From assembly GCA_963677595.1 (NCBI GenBank), contig OY782041.1, forward strand, positions 1,568,001 through 1,632,000: 64,000 nucleotides of DNA, given 5' to 3'. The DNA is from Spirochaetia bacterium (GTDB lineage: Bacteria; Spirochaetota; Spirochaetia; CAKZLE01). Below the pieces are notes generated by a model that was not told the origin of the DNA, ran no database searches, and was given only the letters and a program-made list of their open reading frames with translations. Position 1 is the first letter of the stretch. Each line of letters begins with the position of its first letter. Positions 8,179-16,967 of this stretch are shown one piece after another. The position numbers were made by a program, and so were the translations under genes.

Positions 8179-10222
8179 CCGGACTTTGACAGGTCCCCAG
8201 CTATCAGCCACCCCTCAATCCCACCAATTATCCTGCTCCCAGCTATCTGCGGCATAGATTCCGGACAGCATTTTTTTCATATAAGAAACACATATCTGTC
8301 GACTTATGTAGAGACATATGCTATACTACTACCATAGGAGGATCCTATGTTTGTAAAACGGAACACCTACAAGACCGGCCGCACCAGTATCTCCATCTCC
8401 AAGTCCTATCGTGACGAACAAGGAAAGTCCAAGTCCCGTGTCATCAAGGGCCTCGGCTATTATGATGTGCTAGAGCGCGAACACGATGACCCCGAGGCAT
8501 TCATTCAATCTGTACTTGAACGCGCGGAACAGGAGGAAGCTCTTGAACAGGTTGTTACCAGCCTCCCCATCCACATGAATGAGAAGCTCACCGCTGAGGA
8601 TGCAAAGCAGATCTATAATTTCGGCTCTGCTGCCTTCAGCTACTTCTACCATCTCCTTGAACTCGATTATGTAATCAATAACCGCAGACGGTACACAAAG
8701 GCCGAATACAACCATAATGCGATCCTGAAAATGCTCGTCTACTCCCAACTGATCAATCCAGGCTCCAAGAAAGCATCCTTTGAAAAGAAACACCAATTCT
8801 TTGACAAGATGGATTTCTCCCTTGAGGATGTCTATCGCTCTCTTGATTTCTTTAAAACCCATTCTGATGCGATCGTGCATGCACTCGATGCCCGTATTGA
8901 GCAGGTCTTCGGCAGAGACAAATCTGTGTTTTACTATGATGTGACCAACTACTATTTTGAGATTGACCGCGAGGATGATTTTCGCATTCGGGGACCTTCC
9001 AAAGAATTTCGTCCGCTTCCCATTGTCCAGCTGGGTCTGTTCCTTGATGCACAGGGACTTCCCCTTTCGTTCAAACTCTTCGAAGGGAACACCCACGATT
9101 CAAAAACCTTCTTCGATTCGTTTTCTGATGTCAATTCCACCTTCCGTCCGAAGGACCAGCGAGTCGTGGTTGTTGCCGATAACGGGATGTTCAGTGGAGA
9201 CAATATTCGTCAGGTCCTGCTCAACAAACAAGGCTTCATTGTTGCCTATTCCCTGAAGAAGGGTACTGATGCACTGAAGAAGTTCGCCTTCGATACCTCC
9301 GGCTACTCATTTGTGGATACCGTAACAGACCCCAAGACCGGTAAGCTCTTCAAGCAGATACGGCCATGGAATCCCAAGCATACGTATGCGGATGAGGTGG
9401 TGCGATTCAAGGAGATCATTACCCCCTACGAGATCCACGTCTCTTCATTGGAAGGGAAGAAGACCTCCGTGAAGCTTGATACGGTCAAGATCGTAGTCAG
9501 CTATTCCCCGAAGTATGCTGCCAAAGCGAAAGAGGAGCGGGCTAAGATCATTGAGAAGCTACAGAAGCGCATTGCTTCCGGACGGGTGATTGGCTCAAAT
9601 GATGTTCGCAAGTATATTGCTACCACCTCATTCTCTAAGGAGAGTGGGGAAGAGGTAGATGTGGAACAACTCCTGGCGATTGATGAGGAGAAACTTGCTC
9701 GTGATGCCCAGTTTGATGGACTTCATGCGATTTTCACTACCGAGCTTGATCTGCCGGCCAGCCAGGTTGTCAGGAAGTATCGTGGGCTATGGGAGATTGA
9801 GGAGACCTTCCGCATCTCAAAAAAGGATTTGAAAACCAGGCCGGTCTTCGTATCCACGCTCAATCACATCAAGGCACATTTCTTGATAAGCTTTCTGGCC
9901 TTGACCATTCTGCGGTTACTGGAGAAACAGATCGGTGAAGTCTTTACTACTTCCGAGATTCTAAACGCCTTACGAGAGTCAAAGGCTTATTACCTTGGGG
10001 ACAACATTTACCGGTTCTACCATACCGATCCCTGCTTAGAAGCTATTGGGAAGGCTACAGGCATTGATTTCAGCCGGAAGTATATGACCAAGGCTGAGAT
10101 CAGAAAAACTTTCGCCGCAACAAAAAAATTCGAGAATTAGACCACATATTTGTGTGCTGAGAAATGGCGGTTTAATTCATATAGGGTAATACTTTATAAA
10201 ATTTTATGCTGCCAAAGACAGG
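8179..10222 (+). mobile_element. IS1634-family insertion sequence (2044 bp)
   Basis: Imperfect 14-bp terminal IRs: CCGGACTTTGACAG (8179-8192) versus the reverse complement of CTGCCAAAGACAGG (10209-10222), 11/14 match. They abut the 298-bp repeats exactly. One transposase ORF; lower GC than the flanks. Confidence 0.92.
8347..10140 (+). CDS. IS1634-family DDE transposase
   Basis: 597 aa with YYDVTNYYFE, GPSKEFRP..IVQLGL, VVADNG and YRGLWEIEETFR..K..L..RP motifs; SD AGGAGG upstream. Confidence 0.93.
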   Translation: MFVKRNTYKTGRTSISISKSYRDEQGKSKSRVIKGLGYYDVLEREHDDPEAFIQSVLERAEQEEALEQVVTSLPIHMNEKLTAEDAKQIYNFGSAAFSYFYHLLELDYVINNRRRYTKAEYNHNAILKMLVYSQLINPGSKKASFEKKHQFFDKMDFSLEDVYRSLDFFKTHSDAIVHALDARIEQVFGRDKSVFYYDVTNYYFEIDREDDFRIRGPSKEFRPLPIVQLGLFLDAQGLPLSFKLFEGNTHDSKTFFDSFSDVNSTFRPKDQRVVVVADNGMFSGDNIRQVLLNKQGFIVAYSLKKGTDALKKFAFDTSGYSFVDTVTDPKTGKLFKQIRPWNPKHTYADEVVRFKEIITPYEIHVSSLEGKKTSVKLDTVKIVVSYSPKYAAKAKEERAKIIEKLQKRIASGRVIGSNDVRKYIATTSFSKESGEEVDVEQLLAIDEEKLARDAQFDGLHAIFTTELDLPASQVVRKYRGLWEIEETFRISKKDLKTRPVFVSTLNHIKAHFLISFLALTILRLLEKQIGEVFTTSEILNALRESKAYYLGDNIYRFYHTDPCLEAIGKATGIDFSRKYMTKAEIRKTFAATKKFEN

Positions 10223-10520
10223 ATTATATTGTATAGGTTCAAGACCATTGTTTCAATAACGAATCAACCATGAACCCATGAAATAAAGCTACCCTATTAT
10301 GTCAGGTATTTTTCTATATGTGGAGCAAGAGAAGATATCTGAGATAGGGTATTCACAAATCCATCCTTGTGGCTTATGATAGTTTGGAATGAGGGAAATT
10401 CATCCAAAGGATTTCATTTTTGCAAACATTGTTTTACTTCGGAACCAACGAGCGTATGTACGAACACCTGCTTGAAGACCCTCAGATCCACATCCTGAGA
10501 TTCGAGACAGCCACAGACCT
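10223..10520. repeat. Right copy of the 298-bp direct repeat; includes the first 33 codons of the sigma54 activator gene
   Basis: Direct comparison with 7881-8178. Confidence 0.95.
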
Positions 10521-11550
10521 GATCAAGAAAGCCGGCCGCACCAGGCTTGACGGCATCATGGTAGATGAGAAAGAGGTCGACACGGACCGGTTCATGGAGG
10601 AGCTTACCAGTTCCGGCTGCCATGGGCCATTCCTTTTCCTGAAGACTCAGGTAATCACCATGGTCAGGGACATCAAGGACCGCTCAAGGAAGATACTGTT
10701 CATAGACTATTCGACCGTGACCGACTCCATACTGCAGTTCATCAGCGCCTGCAGGGAGGCCGAGGCTGCCAACTTCAGGGGGTATGAGATCCCCCTCGTC
10801 GGGAGTTCCAGGGAGATGATGGAAGTCAAGGAGCTCGTCAGCTCGTATGTCGCATCCCCTGACCCGGTCTTCATCATCGGGGAGTCCGGTACGGGCAAGG
10901 GCATCATCGCGAGGAGTCTCCATGAGTGCTCCGGCTGCACCGGGGCATTCCAGAATCTCAACTGCTCATCGATACAGGGAAACCTCTTCGAGTCCGAGAT
11001 GTTCGGCCATACGAAAGGGTCCTTCACCGGGGCAGTCGGGGACAGGAAGGGCCTCCTCGAGACCGCGCAGGATGGGACAGTCTTCCTTGATGAGATCGGG
11101 GATCTTCCCATGGACCAGCAGCCGAAACTCCTGAAGGCGATAGAGGAGAAGCAGTTCCGCAAGGTCGGCTCCTCCAAGATGATCGATTACAATGCCAGGT
11201 TCGTCAGTGCGACGAACAAGAAGAACGTCAGCAAGGAGAAGTTCCGGCAGGACCTGTACTTCAGGATCAGTACCCTGTCCGTCAGCATCCCCCCCCTCCG
11301 GGACCATGTCGATGACATTCCCGAACTCGTCCATCATCTCTTGCGGATAAAACATCCCCAGTTCACGATCTCCGAGGTATCCTATCGCACCCTCATGGAG
11401 TATGACTGGCCGGGGAACGTACGCCAGCTGGGAGCCTGCCTTGATTTCTTCTGCAACCAGTTCTACTCGACGAAGGTACTCTCAATCAACACGGCATGGT
11501 TCGACACCTACCTCACGAGAATAGTCAAGGGCTTCTTCGAAGATATATGA
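10420..11550 (+). CDS. Sigma54-interacting AAA+ activator (bEBP) with degenerate receiver domain and no evident C-terminal HTH
   Basis: Walker A GESGTGKG, ESEMFGH.KGSFTGA, Walker B FLDEIGD, FRQDLYFR and WPGNVRQL. The protein ends about 40 aa after sensor II. TTG start. Confidence 0.88.
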   Translation: MQTLFYFGTNERMYEHLLEDPQIHILRFETATDLIKKAGRTRLDGIMVDEKEVDTDRFMEELTSSGCHGPFLFLKTQVITMVRDIKDRSRKILFIDYSTVTDSILQFISACREAEAANFRGYEIPLVGSSREMMEVKELVSSYVASPDPVFIIGESGTGKGIIARSLHECSGCTGAFQNLNCSSIQGNLFESEMFGHTKGSFTGAVGDRKGLLETAQDGTVFLDEIGDLPMDQQPKLLKAIEEKQFRKVGSSKMIDYNARFVSATNKKNVSKEKFRQDLYFRISTLSVSIPPLRDHVDDIPELVHHLLRIKHPQFTISEVSYRTLMEYDWPGNVRQLGACLDFFCNQFYSTKVLSINTAWFDTYLTRIVKGFFEDI

Positions 11551-11554
11551 GACC

Positions 11555-12199
11555 ATGAGAGAACACTATAGTGACTACATCATCATCTCGTTCTGCAGGT
11601 GTTCGCTGGAGGAACGGCTTTCCATCGAACGGAACCTGGGACCCTACCCGGACCTGGAGCTGAACTTCACGGACACCTGCGATCTCGAGGATGACTGTGA
11701 TCTCTATATATTACCAAGCAGAGAGCTCCTGGCACTGTCCAGGAGCCGCATCCTCGAGAGCGGGATCCCGATCATCGCATTCGGGTTCGTGAATCAGATC
11801 CATACGGCCTTCTCCTACCATGTCAGGGACTTCATCACCTACCCCTTCTCGGAAGCTGAGATGTTCGAGCGCATCACCAAGCATGCAGCACGGTCCTTCT
11901 GTTTCCAGAAAGACGAGTTCTTCAGCTTCTCGAGGAGCAGGCTCATCTACAAGGATTCCTCTATCCCGATCTCGCTGACGGAATACTTCTACCTCTCCTG
12001 CCTGACCAAGGCCGGAGGCAACCCGGTATCACGGGAACTCCTCGGGAAAGGCTCGAACATGAAGATCGGCAAGGATAGCCGGACCCCTGATAACATCATC
12101 TCCCATATCAGGAAGAAGTTCAGGCAATTGCTGCCGATCGACCGGAACCTGATCAAACCCGTGCGGGGCGTCGGCTACCGATTGGAGAGAATATCCTGA
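11555..12199 (+). CDS. OmpR/PhoB-type winged-helix regulator with degenerate receiver domain
   Basis: C-terminal VSRELL..DSRTPDNIISHIRKK..IKPVRGVGYRL. The N-terminus has DFITYPF where DYIxKPF is expected. Confidence 0.8.
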   Translation: MREHYSDYIIISFCRCSLEERLSIERNLGPYPDLELNFTDTCDLEDDCDLYILPSRELLALSRSRILESGIPIIAFGFVNQIHTAFSYHVRDFITYPFSEAEMFERITKHAARSFCFQKDEFFSFSRSRLIYKDSSIPISLTEYFYLSCLTKAGGNPVSRELLGKGSNMKIGKDSRTPDNIISHIRKKFRQLLPIDRNLIKPVRGVGYRLERIS

Positions 12200-12222
12200 T
12201 TTCACCCCTTTTCGGAACAACC

Positions 12223-12454
12223 TGTGGATAACTTGTGAAAAACTTCTGGTTTTCCTGAATTTTCGATGGAAAAATTAAAAAAATTTACACGCAGAATCTC
12301 TTGTGTTGCAGACGTATTTTTAATTCCTTTTGTTGTAAATAATTAAAAGCTGTTGGTGTAAAATTTACATATTTTTTGATAAAAATGCTTGACAAGAAAT
12401 ACGATGACTAAGAAATCCACAGGTTTGCATAACTTGTGGATAACTTGTGAAGAA
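12223..12454. promoter_or_regulatory. DnaA-box cluster flanking an AT-rich spacer
   Basis: Perfect TGTGGATAA at 12223 and 12435; near-boxes TGTGAAAAA 12234, AAATCCACA 12413, TTTGCATAA 12424 and TGTGAAGAA 12446. Confidence 0.75.
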
Positions 12455-12487
12455 GTACGAAATGATCACCGGGAATGACCGCCAGGC

Positions 12488-13774
12488 TCAAGGATTTGCC
12501 TTTTTCACGATATCCACACCGAGCGTCTTCAGTTTCCCGCAGAGGTCCTCATACCCGCGCTCGATCTGGTAGACATTCTGGATCTCACTGTACCCGCTGG
12601 CAGCGATCGCCGCGATGACCAGGGCCATACCCGCCCGCACATCCGGGGAGGTCACAAGCGCCCCGTGCAGGGGGGAAGGACCAGAGACGACAGCCCGGTG
12701 CGGATCGCACAGGACGATGTTCGCCCCCATCCTGATCAGCATGTCGACGAAGTACATCCTCGACTCGAACATCTTCTCATGGACGAGGATCGTCCCCTGC
12801 ATCTGTGTGGCGACGACGGTGATGATGCTCAGCAGGTCCGCGGGGAATCCCGGCCAGGGGGAATCGTCTATCTTCGAGATCATGCCGCTGACATCGGGCC
12901 GGACGAGCCGGTCCTGCTTCCGCGGGACGTAGATCCCGTCTTTCCAGGTTTCCCATGTAATACCGAGTTTCCCATAGCCAAGCCCGATCATGGGAAGCTG
13001 CTGGGAATCGACGTTCCGTATCTCGATATCCCCCTGGGTGGCAGCAGCCAGCCCGATGAACGAACCGATCTCCATATAGTCTGGACCGACAGTGAACTCC
13101 GTGCCCGACAGTCTTGGCACACCGGTGATGAAGAGGAGGTTCGAACCCACCCCGGAGATCCTGGCGCCCATCCTGTTCAGCATGCTGCAGAGGTCCTGTA
13201 TATGGGGCTCGCTCGCTGCATTCCTGATGACGGTCTCCCCCTCGGTGAGGACCGATGCCATGACGGCATTCTCGGTGGCGGTGACCGATGCCTCGTCAAG
13301 GAAGATGGTGCTCCCGGTGAGCTTCCCTCCCCGTATGGTGATGTTCCGCTCCTCATCGATCTCAGAGACCGCCCCGAGAGACCTGAATGCCAGGAAGTGG
13401 GTGTCGAGCCGTCTCAGCCCGATGACATCCCCGCCGGGAGGTGTGAGTCGGACCTGCCCGACGCGGCTGAGCAGCGGACCGGCAAGGAGTATAGAGGCAC
13501 GGATACGGTCAGCATGCTCGGGGTCTATCTCCCCGATGATATCATGGGTCACGATACGGTAGGAGCCTTCCCCAAGGTGGTGCACGGTCGAGCCGAGCCC
13601 TTCGAGGATCGCCAGCATGCTGTTCACGTCCTCGATCTCCGGGACGTTGTGGAGGGTCACCTCCTCATCGGTCAGCAGCGTCGCCGCAAGGCACGGCAGT
13701 GCCGCGTTCTTGTTCCCGCTTGCCGTGATCGTTCCCGAGAGCCTGTTCCCACCGTGTATGCAGTATGATCCCAT
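12488..13774 (-). CDS. murA: UDP-N-acetylglucosamine 1-carboxyvinyltransferase
   Basis: GNKNAALP, IRASILLAGPL, SVTATEN, PWPGFPAD, FESR and IERGYE motifs. Confidence 0.97.
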   Translation of the reverse strand: MGSYCIHGGNRLSGTITASGNKNAALPCLAATLLTDEEVTLHNVPEIEDVNSMLAILEGLGSTVHHLGEGSYRIVTHDIIGEIDPEHADRIRASILLAGPLLSRVGQVRLTPPGGDVIGLRRLDTHFLAFRSLGAVSEIDEERNITIRGGKLTGSTIFLDEASVTATENAVMASVLTEGETVIRNAASEPHIQDLCSMLNRMGARISGVGSNLLFITGVPRLSGTEFTVGPDYMEIGSFIGLAAATQGDIEIRNVDSQQLPMIGLGYGKLGITWETWKDGIYVPRKQDRLVRPDVSGMISKIDDSPWPGFPADLLSIITVVATQMQGTILVHEKMFESRMYFVDMLIRMGANIVLCDPHRAVVSGPSPLHGALVTSPDVRAGMALVIAAIAASGYSEIQNVYQIERGYEDLCGKLKTLGVDIVKKANP

Positions 13775-13805
13775 AGCTCTACTCTACCGTCAAATGACCT
13801 GCTGT

Positions 13806-14927
13806 TCAAGAAGTTTGTTCGACCCGGTAGGTATCCCGCCGTTTCCCCCGGTAGGGGTTGCGGGCCTGCTTCAAAAACTGGCGGTAATGGTCACAGGCAC
13901 GGTAATAGGTATCCATGCTCCGGTAGGAGGAGGAGATGTCGCAGCGGAAGAGTTCGAGGACCTGGGGGTAATCCGGTGAACGCAGGATATCATCGATCCT
14001 GTGTGAGGGGAGCCGGGGGGCATAGGAGGGGACCATATGGTTCCGGATGAGGAAGTGGACCTTCTCCCTGAGCCCGGTATCGAAGGAGAGCCCCTGCAGG
14101 AACCTGCCAGCCCTGTCAGCCCCGATCTGGGCATGCCGGTTGAACCGGTTGTTATCCTGCCTGGAGGCGAATGCCTTGCCGCAGTCGTGTAAGAGGATCG
14201 CAAGCTGCAGCTCCAGCTCATTCCCCTTGCTGTAGGAGAACATCTCGAGGGTATGATCCCATACATCCCCCTCGGGGTGGAAATCCTTGTCCTGCTCGAC
14301 CCCCACCATCGAGGCAAGCAGTTCCCAGTGGGAAGAGATGAACCCGATCTCCTGCAGGTACCTCAGCCCCGCTGCCGTGTCCCCGGATTCCAGCAGTCTC
14401 ATGAGGAGCAGCCGCTGGTAGTCCTCGCTTACCGGCTCAGGGAGGCGTGCCAGCCGGTATTCAGGGACGGAACACCCGTATCGTGCGGCAAGGAGCGCGA
14501 GGTCACAGATATCATGCCAGCCCCTGAATCCCTGCTCGTCGATGCCCTCCTGGGAGACAGTCCGCTCCCTGATGGCAAAATACTGACCGCGGGGGTCAAA
14601 GAACTTCCTCTCCAGCGGGTCGAAGAAGAACTCGAGCATCCTGATCGGGGAGACGGAGAGCACCTCCTTCTCGGTGAGGTGGATGATGAGCTGCAGCTCC
14701 CCGACTTCCAGCACAGCATCGATCCCCTCAGTCCCAAGAAAGGAGAGATCCCCTAGGGGTGCAAGTGCTGTCAATGAGGCATCGGTCGCACACTCCAGGA
14801 TCCTGCCGGGATCCCGGCCGAGAAGGTGATCGATCGCTGAGCAGCCTGACAGATAGAGGAACGAACCCACTTCTCCCAACTGCTGTGCTGCTTCGATTAG
14901 TGTTTCCGGTACCTGCGGTCTACTCAC
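13806..14927 (-). CDS. HD-domain protein with CCA-adding/poly(A) polymerase-like N-terminus
   Basis: HPEGDVWDHT, LLHDCGK, HAQIGA and LIRNHM motifs; the nucleotidyltransferase motif is degenerate. Confidence 0.75.
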   Translation of the reverse strand: MSRPQVPETLIEAAQQLGEVGSFLYLSGCSAIDHLLGRDPGRILECATDASLTALAPLGDLSFLGTEGIDAVLEVGELQLIIHLTEKEVLSVSPIRMLEFFFDPLERKFFDPRGQYFAIRERTVSQEGIDEQGFRGWHDICDLALLAARYGCSVPEYRLARLPEPVSEDYQRLLLMRLLESGDTAAGLRYLQEIGFISSHWELLASMVGVEQDKDFHPEGDVWDHTLEMFSYSKGNELELQLAILLHDCGKAFASRQDNNRFNRHAQIGADRAGRFLQGLSFDTGLREKVHFLIRNHMVPSYAPRLPSHRIDDILRSPDYPQVLELFRCDISSSYRSMDTYYRACDHYRQFLKQARNPYRGKRRDTYRVEQTS

Positions 14928-15042
14928 GATATTTCCTTTGAAGTGGTACTTATGCTTATACCATAGATTCCATCTTTTCCCTAGGGCATAATCCCATGAT
15001 TCCCCCCTTACGCAGTATCACTCCCTGTTGTATACTGGCTGT

Positions 15043-15801
15043 ATGAAGAAGATCCCCCTCTACCTGGTCCTTATCTTCCTGTGCACCGCATCCTTCCCAG
15101 TCACCGCCGGCTACTACCCTCCCGGTGACATCCAGGAGATCTACAGCACCCCTGAGTACACCGCGTTCTATGAGGCAATCTACAATGCTGAGGCTGTCGG
15201 GGTTATCATGGGCATCCATGAATCGCTGCAGGCATTCATCGCTGCAAGCAGGTTCTCATCCCCGGCGAAGGTCATCACCGCCTGCAGGGCATCGATGATC
15301 CTCGGCAAGCACTTCATCAACGAGGAGTACTGCAGGGATTTCGTACAGGCTGAGGCCATCCTCCAGGGGACCCTGGAGGCGCTGCAGCAGGTCCCCGAGC
15401 AGGAGAGGGGGCTGGAGTACCGCCTCGTCGAGGGAGAACTCTACGGCTCGTTCTTCCTCCTCGACCAGGGGAAGTACCTCTTCAGTTACGGGATGAAGTC
15501 CAACACAGTCACCAACCAGGCCTGGGAGATGGACCATGAGGCCATCCGGTCTATCCTCCTTCATGTTAACCAGCTGATCTACACACCTCCCCTCTTCGGA
15601 GGAAATGTGAAGAAGGCCCGGGAATTGCTGCTTACCATCGTCGGTGATGAGCTGCTCCCGGTTGACCGGTATACGGTCTACTCCTGCCTCGGCATGGTCG
15701 AGAAGCGCCTGCGTCATACCCAGGAGGCGGAGGAGTATTTCTCCCTTGCATTGTCGATCTACCCGGGGAACCGCTATATACGGCAGGTTATGGCAGAATG
15801 A
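15043..15801 (+). CDS. Exported helical/TPR-like protein
   Basis: Signal peptide; C-terminal TPR-like EAEEYFSLALSIYPGN; TPPLFGGN motif. Confidence 0.65.
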   Translation: MKKIPLYLVLIFLCTASFPVTAGYYPPGDIQEIYSTPEYTAFYEAIYNAEAVGVIMGIHESLQAFIAASRFSSPAKVITACRASMILGKHFINEEYCRDFVQAEAILQGTLEALQQVPEQERGLEYRLVEGELYGSFFLLDQGKYLFSYGMKSNTVTNQAWEMDHEAIRSILLHVNQLIYTPPLFGGNVKKARELLLTIVGDELLPVDRYTVYSCLGMVEKRLRHTQEAEEYFSLALSIYPGNRYIRQVMAE

Positions 15802-15842
15802 TGATTGACCTGTGAATCCCTCCCGGTTATGCTTAACACAGT

Positions 15843-16967
15843 ATGTGGAATATCTACCTGCTCCTGATCATAGGCATAGGGCTCTACGCGTTCGTCCTCT
15901 CGGCTTCCAACCTGCTGTTCATGTACCGGAACACCAGGCAGGCAGGAGTGCAGGAGGGGCCGCTCATCTCCATCCTCATCCCTGCACGCAATGAGGAGGC
16001 CTCGATCGGGGCATGTCTCAGGTCCTTATGCAGGCAGACCTATACCAATATCGAGATCCTCGTCCTTGATGACCATTCCGTTGACAGTACCCAGGATATC
16101 GTGCGATCCCTCATGGAGAAGGACCCCAGGATCAGGCTCGTGGTGGGCAAGGCCCTGCCGGATGGCTGGAACGGCAAGAACTTCGCGCTCCAGCAGCTCT
16201 CGGAGCTCGCGTCGGGAAGCTATTACCTCCTGACCGATGCCGACACCATCCACAGCCAGGAGAGTGTCTCGTTCGCCTACACGAACCTGCTGCACCATGG
16301 GTGTGAGATGCTCTCAGGCTACCCGAAGCAGCTAGCCCCGTCACTCTCCACCCTCGCAGTAGTGACCGCCATGCATCTCAATATCCTCTTCCTGAACCCG
16401 TTATGGCTCCAGAAGAGGAGTTCCTCTCCCCTGCTCGGCCTGGCTATCGGGCAGTACATCTTCATCCAGGCAGACTGTTTCCATGCAATCGGGGGCTTCT
16501 CCCCCATACGTGATTCCATCACCGATGACATCCACCTTGCCCGGCTTCTCCTCTCTAAGGGGTACCACCAGGTATTCCTCGATGCGGGATCTGTCGTCTC
16601 CTGCAGAATGTACGATACTTTCACCACCGCGATGAAGGGGATCACCCGCAGCGTCCTCGATTTCCTTGACAAGAGGATCATCATACCGCTGGTAGCCCTG
16701 CCGTTCATCCTCGCCTGCATGGTCGCCCCTACTGGGATCGTGATCTTCCAGCTGGTCACACAGGGCTATGTCTCGGGACTGCTCATCATCGGGTTCACCC
16801 TCTTCATACTCTCCTGGATGCAGACCATGATCTTCCTCAGGTACCCCCTCAAGACGATCATCCTCTTCGCACCGACCATGCTGGTCGTGGTGACCATGCT
16901 CCTCTATGGCTGCCTGATCACGATCACCGGAAAGGGATATGTATGGAAAGACCGCATCGTGAAATAA
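15843..16967 (+). CDS. Membrane GT2 glycosyltransferase (CrtQ/CruC-like)
   Basis: LIPARNEE, VLDDHSVD, LPDGWNGKNFAL, TDADT and ITDD motifs; N- and C-terminal TM helices. Confidence 0.88.
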   Translation: MWNIYLLLIIGIGLYAFVLSASNLLFMYRNTRQAGVQEGPLISILIPARNEEASIGACLRSLCRQTYTNIEILVLDDHSVDSTQDIVRSLMEKDPRIRLVVGKALPDGWNGKNFALQQLSELASGSYYLLTDADTIHSQESVSFAYTNLLHHGCEMLSGYPKQLAPSLSTLAVVTAMHLNILFLNPLWLQKRSSSPLLGLAIGQYIFIQADCFHAIGGFSPIRDSITDDIHLARLLLSKGYHQVFLDAGSVVSCRMYDTFTTAMKGITRSVLDFLDKRIIIPLVALPFILACMVAPTGIVIFQLVTQGYVSGLLIIGFTLFILSWMQTMIFLRYPLKTIILFAPTMLVVVTMLLYGCLITITGKGYVWKDRIVK

